Assembly: GCA_965202585.1 (NCBI GenBank)
Contig: OZ241827.1
Location: 15,314,001 to 15,378,000 of the forward strand
Length of the DNA stretch: 64,000 bases
Direction: 5' to 3'
Origin: Thalia democratica
Taxonomy: Eukaryota
The notes under the pieces were generated by a model. That model had not been told where the DNA came from, ran no database searches, and worked only from the letters and a program-made list of their open reading frames with translations. Position numbers and translations under genes: made by a program. Within the stretch, counting starts at the first letter, position 1; each line of letters starts with the position of its first letter. Shown in pieces: positions 1 to 12,763 of the stretch.

Positions 1-303
1 ATTTTATTTATTTAAAAATACACTTAAGCATGTTTACAGCATTTTTTCAATGTTTTTATATATTTAAAAATTTTTTTACCTTGAGTTTAATTTTGTACTT
101 AAAATTTACCAACTTACTACTTATTTTTTGAAAACCTGGAATAAAATTACATAAAACCTTTCTCACCCTGATAGTGCACAGATTTGCCATACTACTCACA
201 AAATAGTTCAGACTACATTATTTTTTTTTAAATGTCAGACAGATTCTGACTTTAATAATTTTTCACTTACAAAACTCAAGCAAGTTGAAATATTTTTCCT
301 CTA

Positions 304-678
304 TAGAGTTGCCAAAAAACCTTAAAACCTGGAATTTGTCAATTTAGACTAAAAACCTGGAAAAATCTTGAAATTTATAATTTTTGAAAATAAATTCTGG
401 AGTTTTAAAAAACTTTAACATGTAAAGTAGTAAAATTTCAATTTGACACAAAAAATCTATCCTATGGATAATTTTTTTTTTGCTATCATCAAATTTTTTT
501 TTTAATAAAAAACACATGTAAAGTAGCTTAACAGTATCTTTTCAACCTTTATATACTATTTAAAACAGATCTTACCTTAATTAACTTCTCAAAATATATC
601 CAACAATGTGTACATTTAAAAAACTGGAGGAAATTTAGAAAACTTGGAGAAAATTTGTCAAAACATTTGGCAACCCTG
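304..678. mobile_element. MITE-like non-autonomous element, CAGGGTTGCC-terminus family
   Basis: Degenerate left TIR tagagttgccaaaaaacc at 304 and right TIR ttggcaaccctg ending at 678. TA on both flanks. The internal AAACCTGGAA(A/T) motifs are shared with other copies. Confidence 0.65.
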
Positions 679-2141
679 TAAGTATCTAGTTTGGTTTTTA
701 TGACTTGAGATAAAAAAAAATTCAAGTTCTGTTATTTTAGTACCTTAAGGTATTCAAGCTTAATTTTTAGTTTAAAAAAAAAATTGGCTCATTGTTGTTT
801 AATTTATCTTTAAACTTTACTAAAAATTTGATGTAACTCATGTTATGTTTTGGTCACTGATACTGAAAATGTGGGTACAAAATTCATTTTACAAAAATTT
901 TAACAGTTCAAAAGCAAAGTATAATTATTCTAACATGTTAAAACTGACTTATATTTCACACTTTAAGCTTTCATATATGAGTCAATTTTTACAAGTTTCT
1001 TGACTCCTCTATTAGTACCTACTGCTTCAGTTAAAAATTAAAAAAATTTTAATTAAAGCATAATTATCATTGGGTCTTATTTTCAAAGCGTAAGTTGTAT
1101 ACTAAAAATTATTTTTAAAAGCATACTTTTTTTATAAACTTATGAAACATAGTTATTTAAAGAAAAGTTAGAAAAATAATCATTGCTAAATGTTTTCAAT
1201 TTTTGAAGCTTACTAAAAGCTTATCTTATTTAATTGTTAACTAGTTCAACCTCAAATTTTCAAGAAATGTTCCTTGCATTATAAGAAAAATCTTATTGTA
1301 ACAATTTCAAAAAAAAAACATATATACAAAACCAAGTAATACTTGTTATGCTTAAAATTCCATAAAGAATTTTTACAATCAAATTAATATTAGCTGAGTT
1401 AAAAAAAAGTTAATTAAAAACTTTAAAGGAAGATGAATTTTTGATGAAATAGTTATATTTTTTATATGGTCCTCAAATAGGGAACCCATTGATCTCTCTA
1501 ACTTAGTACACTTATATTTCATAATTGATTTACATTGATAAAAAGGTCAGTTATCCTAGCTATTTCTTTAAATAATGATCAACCTCTCAAGTTGTATGTA
1601 GTACCTAAACGGTTTTAATAAGCTTAAGAAGTTTTTCTTAAGTAAATATTTTTATGACTTCTACTGTTTCATTAAGTCAGTTACTCAAATTAATTATATA
1701 ATTTAAGTCTAAAGCAGTCTTATATTTATATTTTTTAGATATAATTTTAATCATGTAATGTAGATAATTTCTCTAAATTTCAAGATAATAATTTCTTAAT
1801 AGGTTATCTTTAAAATTTAACTTTTTTATTGATTACATTTAAGTATTACTAAAGAACCAATTCAAGTTTAAAAATTACATTATAAAAACATAAATACCTC
1901 AAAACAATAAATCCTTTAAGTATTTGAAATTAATATACTAGATTTTAGCTGATTGCACTAATAACATCAAGCAAACAAAAAATTGAATACAAACACCATT
2001 TCATTATATTTTTGATCACTTATATTCAACTATAGTCTTTCATCAAAAGCTTAAATAAGTAAAATTTCTATTTTCCCTATTTTTTTACTTCAGAAAATAT
2101 GTCATAAACATCTAAAATTCAGGATACATTTTAGTAAAGTA

Positions 2142-2470
2142 CAGGGTTGCCAAAAAACCTATAATCCTGGAATTTAAATCTTAGACTGAAAAAACTGGAA
2201 AAACTTGAATTTGAGAAATTTTGAAAGAAACCTGAAATTTTAAAGTATTTTTACATCTTAAGTAATCAAGTTTTTCAAGCTTCTTAAAATATAACTTAAC
2301 TATAAGTAATTTTCTTTAAAAGTAGTTCATGAATAATCTCATTTAGATAGCTTAACTGTATCTTTTCAATTTAGTTATACTGTTTAGGACAGTTTTTTTT
2401 AACTTAAGCTTAATTTTATACAAAATATAGATCAAAAAAGTTAAAAAACATAAAATCTTTAGCAACCCTG
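2142..2470. mobile_element. MITE-like element, CAGGGTTGCC family
   Basis: cagggttgccaaaaaacc at 2142 and agcaaccctg ending at 2470. Interior resembles the 304-678 copy. Confidence 0.7.
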
Positions 2471-2830
2471 AAGTATTATCTTGTAAGTTTCAAATTAACT
2501 CCCCTATTCATAGTTTTAATGTTAAAAAGAATAGAAACAGATGCTATCAATTCCAGAAAACTTAAAATATGACTAATGGTAAGAATTGATATTTCATATA
2601 AGTTTAATTATATATGTTTTTCCTTTTTTTGTCCCTTGATCTCATGATTTACTTAAACATATTTCAAAGTTTAGGGGCATAGGGTGGGTCAAATATTATT
2701 TTGCAAAAATTAACATAGGCTTCTACAATCATAGCCTCAAGTACAAACTACAAGCAAGTTTTTATAGAATTAAAAAATTTTATATAACTTTTGAGATAGT
2801 GTATTTTTTGTAAATAGTTTCCCATGGGAG

Positions 2831-3324
2831 CCGATCATTTCTAACCTGCTATCATTTCTAACCCGTTCACTTCTAACCCGATCATTTCTAACCCGATCAT
2901 TTCTAACCCGATCACTTCTAACCCGATCACTTCTAACCCGATCACTTCTAACCCGATCACTTCTAACCCGATCACTTCTAACCCGATCATTTCTAACCCG
3001 ATCACTTCTAACCCGATCACTTATAACCCGATCACTTCTAACCCGATCATTTCTTACTCGATCACTTCTAACCCGATCACTTCTAACCCGATCATTTCTT
3101 ACTCGATCACTTCTAACCCGATCACTTCTAACCCGATCACTTCTAACCCGATCATTTCTAACCCGATCACTTCTAACCTGATCACTTCTAACCCGATCAC
3201 TTCTAACCCGATCACTTCTAACCCGATCACTTCTAACCCGATTTACCCCAATCATTTCTAACCCGATCATTTCTAACCCGATCACTTCTAACCCAGTCAC
3301 TTCTAACCTGATCATTTCTAACCC
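2831..3324 (-). repeat. 15-bp tandem array (tctaacccgatca[c/t]t)n, ~33 units; left arm
   Basis: Directly visible periodicity. It accounts for the VRSDR-repeat ORF. Confidence 0.97.
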
Positions 3325-5296
3325 ATTCTACTTGTTTATTTTATTTCTTAATTGTAATCTAGATTTCTTTCAAAACTGACTAGTCTTTATAAAATTATTT
3401 AAGTTTTTTTTTTACTTTTTTTTAAGCATTATGATTTTAATGTGTTACGTAAAAAACTTTGTTAATATAAACCTTAACTTTAGTATTAACTAAACATAAG
3501 TTTAATTTATTTTTATTACCTTGTTTTTTTATATTTCATCCTACACATAATTTTAGTTTTTTTCATTATTTCATATATTTTTGTTCTTTAAATCTTCTTT
3601 AACAGACGTATTTTGTTAATAATATACGAATTCACTAAATCGTTTACTTTACAATATTTTAAACTATTCTTTGTAGAACTTTAAGGTAAGCATTTACAAC
3701 TATATTTAAGATGGATCTTATAATAATTCCCGTGACTATAATAATTTTATAATAAGCAAATTTTAAAAAGCAAACCTTTAAAATTGTAATATTCAGATAC
3801 AAAAATCGTTATATTACGGTCTAAAAACTACAATGTAAGTCTGTTTTAAGTGTTGTATTATTTCTGACTAATGTATTAGCGCTTTGTATTAGGTTATTTT
3901 TAAGTTTAATTTTAATAAATATTACAAATTGTTATACAACTTGCATAGGCCAATTAAGATAAAAGAATTCAAAAAATCACTAATAGAAATTAAATACTTT
4001 TGTTATATTAAGTGAAAAATCATGATTTTTAGGTATAACCTAGATATTAAAACAGTAATGTCGTATAACAAACTGCAAAAGTATGTTACGTCAATTGACC
4101 GTCTTGATTTCACATCATTAATAAATTCCTACTTAGTCCTAGAGCAAAAAAAGTCACTAACAATTAAACAGACATGTTTATTTGTATAACAAGTCTGAGG
4201 TTAACTAAATCTTGCCCAGGTAATCTTCTTTAAAACCTTCACTTAAATCTATATAATATAAAAAATGTTTTAATTACGACTTAAATTAATACTTTCGTAG
4301 ACAATAATTTTTTTGAAATTTACTTTATTATGATCAGTTGAAATAACGTAAATATAAAAGAATTAAGTACTGAAAAACATTTTGAAACAGAGTAATAAAT
4401 TAATTATAGTTAAATTAATTATAACTAGGAGCAGAAGTTTATAAAAACTACATCAAGTTTTTTGTTTCCTTTAGTCAACTATTTTTTCAGACGATTTTTA
4501 CAAGCAACATATTTACTTTTTATTAAATACAGTAAAGCCAGCTTGAAGTCTATTGACTTCTTGGTGTTTTTTTGCACCCCTTAATTTCTAAAAACGATTT
4601 TTGCACCTCTAATTTTCTAGAAACCTATGTTAGAGTTTCACAATACAAACAAATTTTATTATTTTATTATAAATTAAAAAAAAAAATAAATTAATCAAGT
4701 AACTTATACTCATATTTCTTATCTAATTATCGCTGAACAATCTTAAGTTCTTGTGTTTTTGGAAACCTGTGAAACAATAAATTTTAAGAGATATAAAAAA
4801 AATTTTTAAAGAAGTTTTTATTATTAATTGTGTGCAACTATTTTTGGTTTTATTGGAACTCACTGATCGATGAAAGAATTGATGTTAAACTTGCTTATTA
4901 TGAAGTCAAAACAAAATTTATTGAAAACCTTCTTCTTCAAATCATAAATTAGTCGATTAGTATTATACTTAAGTGTTAAACTCTTTTGCTGTTAATCTAT
5001 AAATATTAGATAGGACTATAGTTTATGTTTTTAAGGTAGATAAATTTGCGTCTCTTTGTTAAGTGTCATTCAGTTTAAGTGGCCCAGACTTTGATGCCTG
5101 GGTCTAGCGTAGGATAATAAACTTCCAATAGCAATGAATATCAAAAACTAAATTTTAACAAAAGCTATCTTAACATTAAGTTTTAGTTTAAACAAAACTA
5201 ACAAAATTTCATTAAAAAAAAAAACTTTGTTGAGATTAATTTGTTTTTAAAACAAATCGTTATTTTAAAACAATAATAAACAAATGTATTAATACA

Positions 5297-5818
5297 GATC
5301 GGGTTAGTAGTTGTCGGGTTAGATCGGGTTAGAAAAGATCGGGTTAGATATGATCAGGTTAGAAATGATCGGGTTAGATATGATCGGGTTAGAAATGATC
5401 GGGTTAGAAATGATTGGGGTAAATCGGGTTAGAAGTGATCGGGTTAGAAATGATCTTGTTTGAAATGATCGGGTTAGAAGTGATCTGGTTAGAAGTGATC
5501 GGGTTAGAAGTGATCAGGTTAGAAGTGATCGGGTTAGAAATGATCGGGTTAGAAGTGATCGGGTAAGAAGTGATCGGGTTAGAAGTGATCGGGTTAGAAG
5601 TGATCGGGTTAGAAAAGATCGGGTTAGAAATGATCGGGTTAGAAATGATCGGGTTAGAAGTGATCGGGTTAGATGTGATCGGGTTAGAAGTGATCGGGTT
5701 AGAAATGATCGGGTTAGAATTGATCGGGTTAGAAGTGATCGGGTTAGAAATGATCGGGTTAGAAGTGATCGGGTTAGAAATGATCGGGTTAGAAATGATA
5801 GCGAGTTAGAAATGATAG
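5297..5818 (+). repeat. 15-bp tandem array (tgatcgggttagaa[a/g])n, ~34 units; right arm
   Basis: Reverse complement of the 2831-3324 array. Confidence 0.97.
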
Positions 5819-5981
5819 TAAACCGTTTCCCATACAAACATATGGACTGCAAATTTTTTGGAAGTTTAAAATGTTTGAAATTTTATAAGTCAATTAAAAT
5901 CTTCTTCATTTTTTGAGCTAGAGACCTCAAACTTTCAGAAAATGTTCTCTTTATAGATTAAGAACATTAAAGACTTTTACT

Positions 5982-6110
5982 CAGGGTTGCCAAGAAACCT
6001 GGAAAGACATGGAATTTGAAAATTTAGGCTAAATATCGTAGAAAAACCTGAAATTTTAACATGTCATGTAGTAAAATTTGACTCATTAAATCTATCATAG
6101 TATAATAAAG
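5982..6110. mobile_element. Partial MITE (left end only), CAGGGTTGCC family
   Basis: cagggttgccaagaaacctggaa followed by family-type internal motifs. No right TIR seen. Confidence 0.5.
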
Positions 6111-8585
6111 TATTAAAACACTTAATCATAAACTAAACCGAGATTTCAAAATTACTATCTTAAATATGATTACATATTTAGCTAAAGCTTAACTATATAC
6201 CCTAACGGTAGAAAGGTTTGGGGAGATCTGAAGGACCACATAAAAGCATAAAAGTTTATGCAATATTTTATGATTTATAACATTTTTTAACTACATTAAA
6301 GTAAATATCATGTTTTGCTTAAGTCAAGTCAGTTATACAATGTAGTATTTACGCTAAAAATATAATACTATTTTTCAAAACAAGCATGAGTCATGGGTAG
6401 AAGCTGTTTTTTAACAAAAGAAGGTTAAAGTTTAAATATTTATGAGGCTAAGTTTCTGATACAAATAATAGTTCGTTTTGAAATAAATTAAGAGTGGTAT
6501 ATTTAAGATTGCCTGTTAGTTTTTTATTGAAATTAAAATTTCGGCTGAAGCTTATACTTTACAATATTGTTTATCAAACGATATAAACGCTCAAAAAACT
6601 TGGTCTAAAGACCTGGTGTAAGTCGTACACAACATGCTTATACAAACTATTACGATCTATGTACAAAAGTTATGTCTTATCTTCAACAAATAACACACAC
6701 GAAAAAATAAATGGGTAAAACGAAAGTTTTAAATAGTATATGTATTTAGTAAATTGTAAACAAAATGTACACAAACAATTTTTTAACAACATTAAATTCA
6801 AAAGAGTTAAAAAAAACAGTCGTGCCCAACGGTTGTATTTATTGTCTGATTACAGTTAAGTATGGGGCCTGACTGGAGTCTTGATGCAGATGTACAGTCA
6901 ACTGAGTTAAACTTATTCTTAACTGTTTTATAACATATATTTAAACTTTTAGTAAAGTTAATATCATTACCTATTAGTATATGAACTTGTTTATTTCAAT
7001 TAAATGTATTCTATACTCGCTTACTTGCACACTTTTTAATCATTTTTAGTGGAGTTTTAAATCATAATTTTATAGAGCATTAGTTGGGCTTAATCTTGGT
7101 CTAAAGATTAAAATGGTACAATCAAAACTTTATGATAACTTGAGCTGGTCTCTCAGCTCACAAAATTCAGATTTCGGCATTGTAAGATAATTTTCGCTGA
7201 TTTTTTTTTGATTTAAATTGTTAAATTTTAGAAGAATAGAAGTAAAATAATTCTAAACAATTTATGCTATATATTGATGTTATTATATATCAATTTCATC
7301 TGTTTTACGATTGAGTGGTTAAAATGGTTAAACCTTAATTGCGTAAAAACAAAAAATTTTAATTTAACTCATTTTGTGTTTATTTAAAATATTCTTTTGT
7401 TAATTAGATTTGTGTTTAATTATTAGATTAGTTTTTGTATTATAGTTGTTTTTTTAAATCTTTTACCGCTACGAACAGGTTTTTTCCTGACAAAAACTGG
7501 AATCAAATTTAAAAATAAAATTCAAGTTGTTTATTTATTTAAAAAAAGGTCTGTAGTTTAAACTTAAAAATTTATTTTATTTTATTCAAGTTTTATAAAT
7601 TTTAGCGTTTCATTCTTTGAAGTGGTTGCATTCTTATCTTCTGACAAATATAATTAATTTTCTATTTAAAACAGTTCTAGCACAAGTTTGATTAAACTTA
7701 GGTTTAGCTAAACTTATTTTATACCTAATTATAATTTTTTGTTGTCATATAGTTTTATTCAAATACATGTTTCATAAAAACAATAGATTTTATTTTTTTG
7801 ACGATAAAGTTTTGATACAGTAAAAATGTCAAACGTAGTTGAAATGTCACTAGTAGTTACAGTTTTCTATCTTTGTTTTTAATTATCTTTGTTGTCTCTG
7901 ATAACACCTGTAAAAAGTTTATAAGTTGTTAGTTTTAAATAAGTTTTTTAAAACTAGTTATAAATAGTTAAGAAAAAATAGTGCGTACCTCTCAAAGTGC
8001 GTACCTTACCTTCTCGATGTCTTTACTTATTAAAAAGCACATTGTAGAAATTTGGACCTGGTAGTAATTATATATAGAACGTTACAAAAAATAGGAAAAA
8101 GTTCCTGCAAACAATGCTAAAAAGCGTGTGCCCCGATTCGTGTGTAAAACCCAAACACGAATAGCTTTTTACTCAGATTTTAATTTATTAAGAACATTTT
8201 ATAGTCATTTTTAAGATTTAATGTTTAACAAAGTAAATGATCAGCTAGGATGAATAGTTAGGATATATTAATTAATTTTTTTTTTTGGTTATCTTAATAG
8301 TTTTACAATAAAAAATTGTATACTAATATTGAAAAAGTAAAGAATTCATAGTATTTTAGTAAGAGTAGATGAAATTTTCCATAGTTATTGTTTTTAGTTT
8401 TACATAAAATGTTTTAAAAATAATGCAAACTTAGTTTGTATTGTACTGCATGCATTTTAAAATTAAAGTTGTTATTTAATACTATTTGTGCAGTCACTCT
8501 GAATATTTATTATTGTAGACAGTTTTGATCTTTCTGTAATTTGCTAACTTATTTTATGGATACTTATCTCGTCTTTTGGTATTTA

Positions 8586-9005
8586 CAGGACTACCACAAG
8601 CTCAGGAAAGTCAGGAAATTTGACAAAATAAAAAAAATCTTTGTTTATATTTAAAAAAATCCTTATTTCTAAAGCCTTCAAATGGTAAAAAAATAAATAA
8701 AAACCCTTTAAAGTCATACTTAAATTGACAGTTTTTCTAAAAATTTAAAAAATTGCTTGACTTCCTATGCCTTCATGTAATAAAAATTACTAAAATGCTC
8801 TATATTTAATTGCAAAACTTTTCAATTATTATACGTTAACAACTGTTTTTTAAAAAGGTATAAAATAAGATTGAAAGCTCTATATAGTTTCAAGTTTTTG
8901 GTTACATATTTTAATATAAGTCGAAATAAGAGTTTGATCAGAAAAGTCTGGAAAAATTTGATAAAAGTAAAGAAATTTTCCACATTTTGATCTGCAGCAA
9001 CCCTG
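8586..9005. mobile_element. Degenerate MITE, CAGGGTTGCC family
   Basis: caggactacc at 8586 and gcagcaaccctg ending at 9005. Confidence 0.5.
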
Positions 9006-9410
9006 CATTTAACACTATTTTAGATCTTACAACCAAGTTAAAACTTTAATTTCATACTTTTAAATAACTATTTGTTAAGATTTAAAAAAAAAATTTAGTC
9101 TTCAAACAATTCATTTTTACTACTAATTTAAGCTATTTTATTTATAAAAATTGCCAACAAAATCTAGTTTTTATTTCAGTTTTTGAAATCCAATTTTGTA
9201 CAAACAATCAATAACTTTTTATTTTTGTTTTACTAAAAAATAACTATAGCTTGTATTTACACATACCTAGTTTCTAAAGTAATTGAAGCAGAATAGAAAA
9301 ATAATGAGTTTAAAAAAATCATAAATGTATAGAACATTGAAATATAGAACAATTAAACATAAATAATAAATTTAACTAAATTAAATTTAACTAGCAGAAA
9401 AATTTTATAA

Positions 9411-9987
9411 CTGGGTTGCCAAAAAACTTTTAAAACCATAAAACTTGGTAAATTTAAAAAAAAACTGGAAATTTGAACAAAAATCACAATCAATCCTGGA
9501 AAACCTAGAAAATTTTCATTCTAGTAACTTTTTTTTTATGGATGTTTATCTCGTATTTTGGCATTTACAAGGCTGCCAAAAGCTCAAAAAAGTCAGTAAA
9601 TTTAACAAAATTAAAAAAAATTCTCATTTTAAACTTACAAAATTCCTTATTTTCCAAAGCCTTTAGTCATCTAAATCTTTTATCTTAAGCAGCTTTTACA
9701 TCTTAAATTGTAATATTTACATTGAAACTAGATATCTTTCATAAAGACAAAAACTTTTTGTAGTCTTCAAAAATTTATTTTATATTTAACCCATTTATAG
9801 AATTTTTAATATATCATTTCAATGATTTTGTACTATTTAACACAGTTTTTCACCTTGGACTTGATTTTAAACTTAAAACAACTAAAAAATAAAAAAATAA
9901 ATAATAAAGGAAAACGTGTAATTTTAAAAATCTGGAATAAGTTCTTAAATCCTGGAAAGAATTTTTCAAAAATACTTAACAACCCTG
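9411..9987. mobile_element. MITE, CAGGGTTGCC family, containing a copy of the 8553-8690 segment
   Basis: ctgggttgccaaaaaac at 9411 and caaccctg ending at 9987. Positions ~9535-9665 align by eye with ~8553-8690. Confidence 0.55.
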
Positions 9988-11689
9988 AGACATAAAAAGT
10001 TATATTTACCAGAAAAACTTATTCACCTTTTTTCATAAAAATGGTTTGTTTTGTTATTAATAAGACTGTTAGTTGCCAAAAAAACAAAAAAAAAATCAAC
10101 TTTTTTTTCTTTTAAAGTAATTAATACTTTTTTCGAAAATAGAATGAAAAAAAATGGGCATCAAAATATTGCATGTATGAACCTAAAAATTGTTATATGC
10201 GTTATTACAGATTTTTTGCCCTCTATTACCTTTAATAAACCAAGGAAATTTTCAAATGAATAGCAGCTTTTTTAAATAAGATTAATACAAATTTGTTTAT
10301 AAATTTTAAAAGTATTCTAACCTTTTTTAAATTAATACTAAACTAATTTTTTAATTTATTTATTTACAAAGGCTACAATGTTTCTCCCCTAAGGGATCTT
10401 CAGGCCTGTAAGGTAAGATAAACATAAGACGATGGACAACTTAAGAAAGTACAATATTGCAAAAAATTATAATTGAATTTAAATTAAAAAAAAAAAAACC
10501 AAAATTGTCGAGACCTGTTGTGCCCAAGGAATAATCCTTGCATATATTAATACTAAACTAAAGATTTAAAAAACCTACAAAAATTTCAGTATAATATTTC
10601 TTAAGGTGTTTTTTAGCAGTTGATGTAGGACTTAGATTTGACAAAATTTGAGGTTTTTAAATTTATTTTTAGTTCAACAGCAAAAGTTTGCTACATTTAA
10701 GCTTACACAATTTTTAATATACCTAAAGCAGTATATAACCAAATCCAGTTTTTAAAAGAGAAAGCTCAGCTGTATACAATTAAGTAAAATTGTCTCTTGG
10801 TTTATTTTTAGTCACTAAAATGGTCAACTGCCGCTTGCAAGCTCACTACTTTTTATTCTTAATAATTGATTTTTACTATACAGCTTAGAAAATTGACATA
10901 ATAAATGTTTTTGAAATAGATGTGTTGGATAAAAGTTGAATGGGTTTGTTCTGTAAAAAAAATTGTGTCATTAAAATTTCGTTAAACTGTGGTTGATTCA
11001 GGCTTATTAGCTAATTTTTTTCAAAAGTCAGGCTAATTTTGTTTTTAGTCCTTGAATAATTTTTTTTATAAAAAATAATTTCTCCACAAAAATTATACTA
11101 TTTTTGCCTAAAGTTAGGTTTTTTTACTTCAACCATTTTTATAAGTTAATGGTATAAATTTGAAACCTTAATTCTTTTTATTTTTTGTTGGTACCGTTTG
11201 TTTATATCATTTAAATCAATTCTGGCTATTTTATATACTCCTAAACTAATTTTTTAACTTCAAAAATATTTACTTCTAACAATTTAATAAACCTAACACT
11301 AAAAAATTAGCAAAGCTTATTTAGATACATATATTAAAGAATAAAGAAGCATAAATTTAATCATGTAAAAAGTGTACATAAAGTATGCTAGCAAATAGTT
11401 AGTGACTTTGACTAGAAAAGTAATAAATTTTAACTTAATTTGCATTTACTTAAAAGAAAAAATTATAAGTTAATTAAGATCTTAATGTCGAAGAGCTTGA
11501 TTGATTTTAGTTTGTAAAAACAACTTAAATCACTTTGAGGTTTTTTTGTTTTATTTATTAATTTTCTTATTAAAATATAATTTTAATTTTACTTAAAACA
11601 TCACACCTTTGATGCTCTGTTAACAAGTGTGCAACAAAATTTGTACTATTAAATAATAAATATATTTTTAGGTTAGATTGTTTTATACA

Positions 11690-12763
11690 ATGGAAAAAAA
11701 TAATTATTTACAAGGGCCAAAAACCAACTCGGGCGTACCACGAAATCGACAAGCACGAATTCAACTTAGAAGTCCGCCGAGAGTAGAGCGAAATCTGCAT
11801 GGACCGTCAACATTAGGTTACAATCTCCGTTCAAGTGCAAGAAACCGTAGACAAAATGCAAACGACTCTACACAAAATGCAAACGATTCTACACAAAATG
11901 TAAATGATAGAAGCCAAAATACAAACAACCATAGAACAGATGCAAGCAAAAGTAGACAAGATGCAAACAACCCTAGACCAGATGCAAGAAACCGTAGACA
12001 AAATGCAAGCAACCCTAGACCGTATGAAAGAAATCGTAGGCATAATGTAAATAACCCAAGACCAGATGAAAACGTCCTTACACAAACCGAAAACGACCGT
12101 ACACGAAATGCAAACAACCGTAGACTAGATGCAAGCAACCTAATACTATATGCAAACAACCCAAGACCAGATGCAAGAAACCTTAGACAAAATGCAAGCA
12201 ACCTTAGACCGTATGAAAGAAACCGCATGCATAATGTAAATAACCCAAGACCAGATGACAACGACCAAAGAACACAAAGAACACAATTTATTGTAAACGA
12301 GGCTAGACGACTTGCAAACGACCTCACCACATTTTATAGAAACTACCAACATGGGCAAGATGCAGACGACCTCAGACGAGCAGCAGACAACTACAGTCGA
12401 ATTGCAAACAACCCTAGACAACCTGAAAACGATCTCATACAACATGCAAATGACCTCAGGCAAAGTTTAAACTACCATGGACAAACCTTACTACGCTTAC
12501 CTATTCGTCGCCAAGTCTTTAGACGTCGTCACAACCCATATACGAGAGGTCTGACACCCGAACGAATTGGTAGGTTTCAACATTTTGATGCAGACGAGTC
12601 TATGGTCGGTGAACGTTGCATTATTTGCATGGATGATTTGGAAGTTGGAACAAAAATGGTTCGCCTGGACTGTCATGTTGATCATTGTTTGTGCAAAACT
12701 TGTACAGATGGTTGGTTTAAAGACCACAAAACATGTCCGACTTGTAGACATACTTTCAATTAA
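11690..12763 (+). CDS. Intronless 357-aa protein: N/R/Q-rich heptad repeats plus C-terminal RING finger (putative E3 ubiquitin ligase)
   Basis: ATG at 11690 (the ORF track starts at an upstream TTG). C-terminal CIIC-x14-CHVDH-CLC-KT-C-x10-CPTC with W in TDGW. AATAAA near 12801. An acceptor-like tttttag at ~11671 suggests a 5'UTR intron or a trans-splice site. Confidence 0.88.
   Translation: MEKNNYLQGPKTNSGVPRNRQARIQLRSPPRVERNLHGPSTLGYNLRSSARNRRQNANDSTQNANDSTQNVNDRSQNTNNHRTDASKSRQDANNPRPDARNRRQNASNPRPYERNRRHNVNNPRPDENVLTQTENDRTRNANNRRLDASNLILYANNPRPDARNLRQNASNLRPYERNRMHNVNNPRPDDNDQRTQRTQFIVNEARRLANDLTTFYRNYQHGQDADDLRRAADNYSRIANNPRQPENDLIQHANDLRQSLNYHGQTLLRLPIRRQVFRRRHNPYTRGLTPERIGRFQHFDADESMVGERCIICMDDLEVGTKMVRLDCHVDHCLCKTCTDGWFKDHKTCPTCRHTFN
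11834..12464 (+). repeat. 21-bp (7-aa) degenerate coding tandem array, ~29-30 units, with a higher-order 189-bp duplication
   Basis: Units such as aatgcaaacgactctacacaa and gatgcaagaaaccgtagacaa. Positions ~11981-12073 match ~12170-12262. Confidence 0.9.

Larger units (their letters stand above)
2826..5824. mobile_element. Foldback-type (probably Mutator-superfamily) non-autonomous DNA element with tandem-repeat TIRs
   Basis: Two ~500-bp arrays of one 15-bp unit in inverted orientation. A diagnostic variant unit is mirrored (gatttaccccaatc near 3240; gattggggtaaatc near 5412). The 9-bp direct repeat gtttcccat flanks it at 2817-2825 and 5825-5833. The AT-rich ~2-kb loop has no long ORF. Confidence 0.8.

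Noticed and set aside
2831-5818. Interstitial telomere or CRISPR array
   Set aside because: There are no tandem TTAGGG hexamers and no unique spacers, and the context is eukaryotic.
2770-5852. ORFs of 181, 112 and 79 aa (VRSDR / LTRS / IGLE repeats)
   Set aside because: They are translations of a 15-bp unit that lacks stops in some frames, with no unique coding sequence.
8136-8162. 8-bp-stem hairpin as a Helitron 3' end
   Set aside because: It is not followed by CTRR and no matching 5' TC end was identified.
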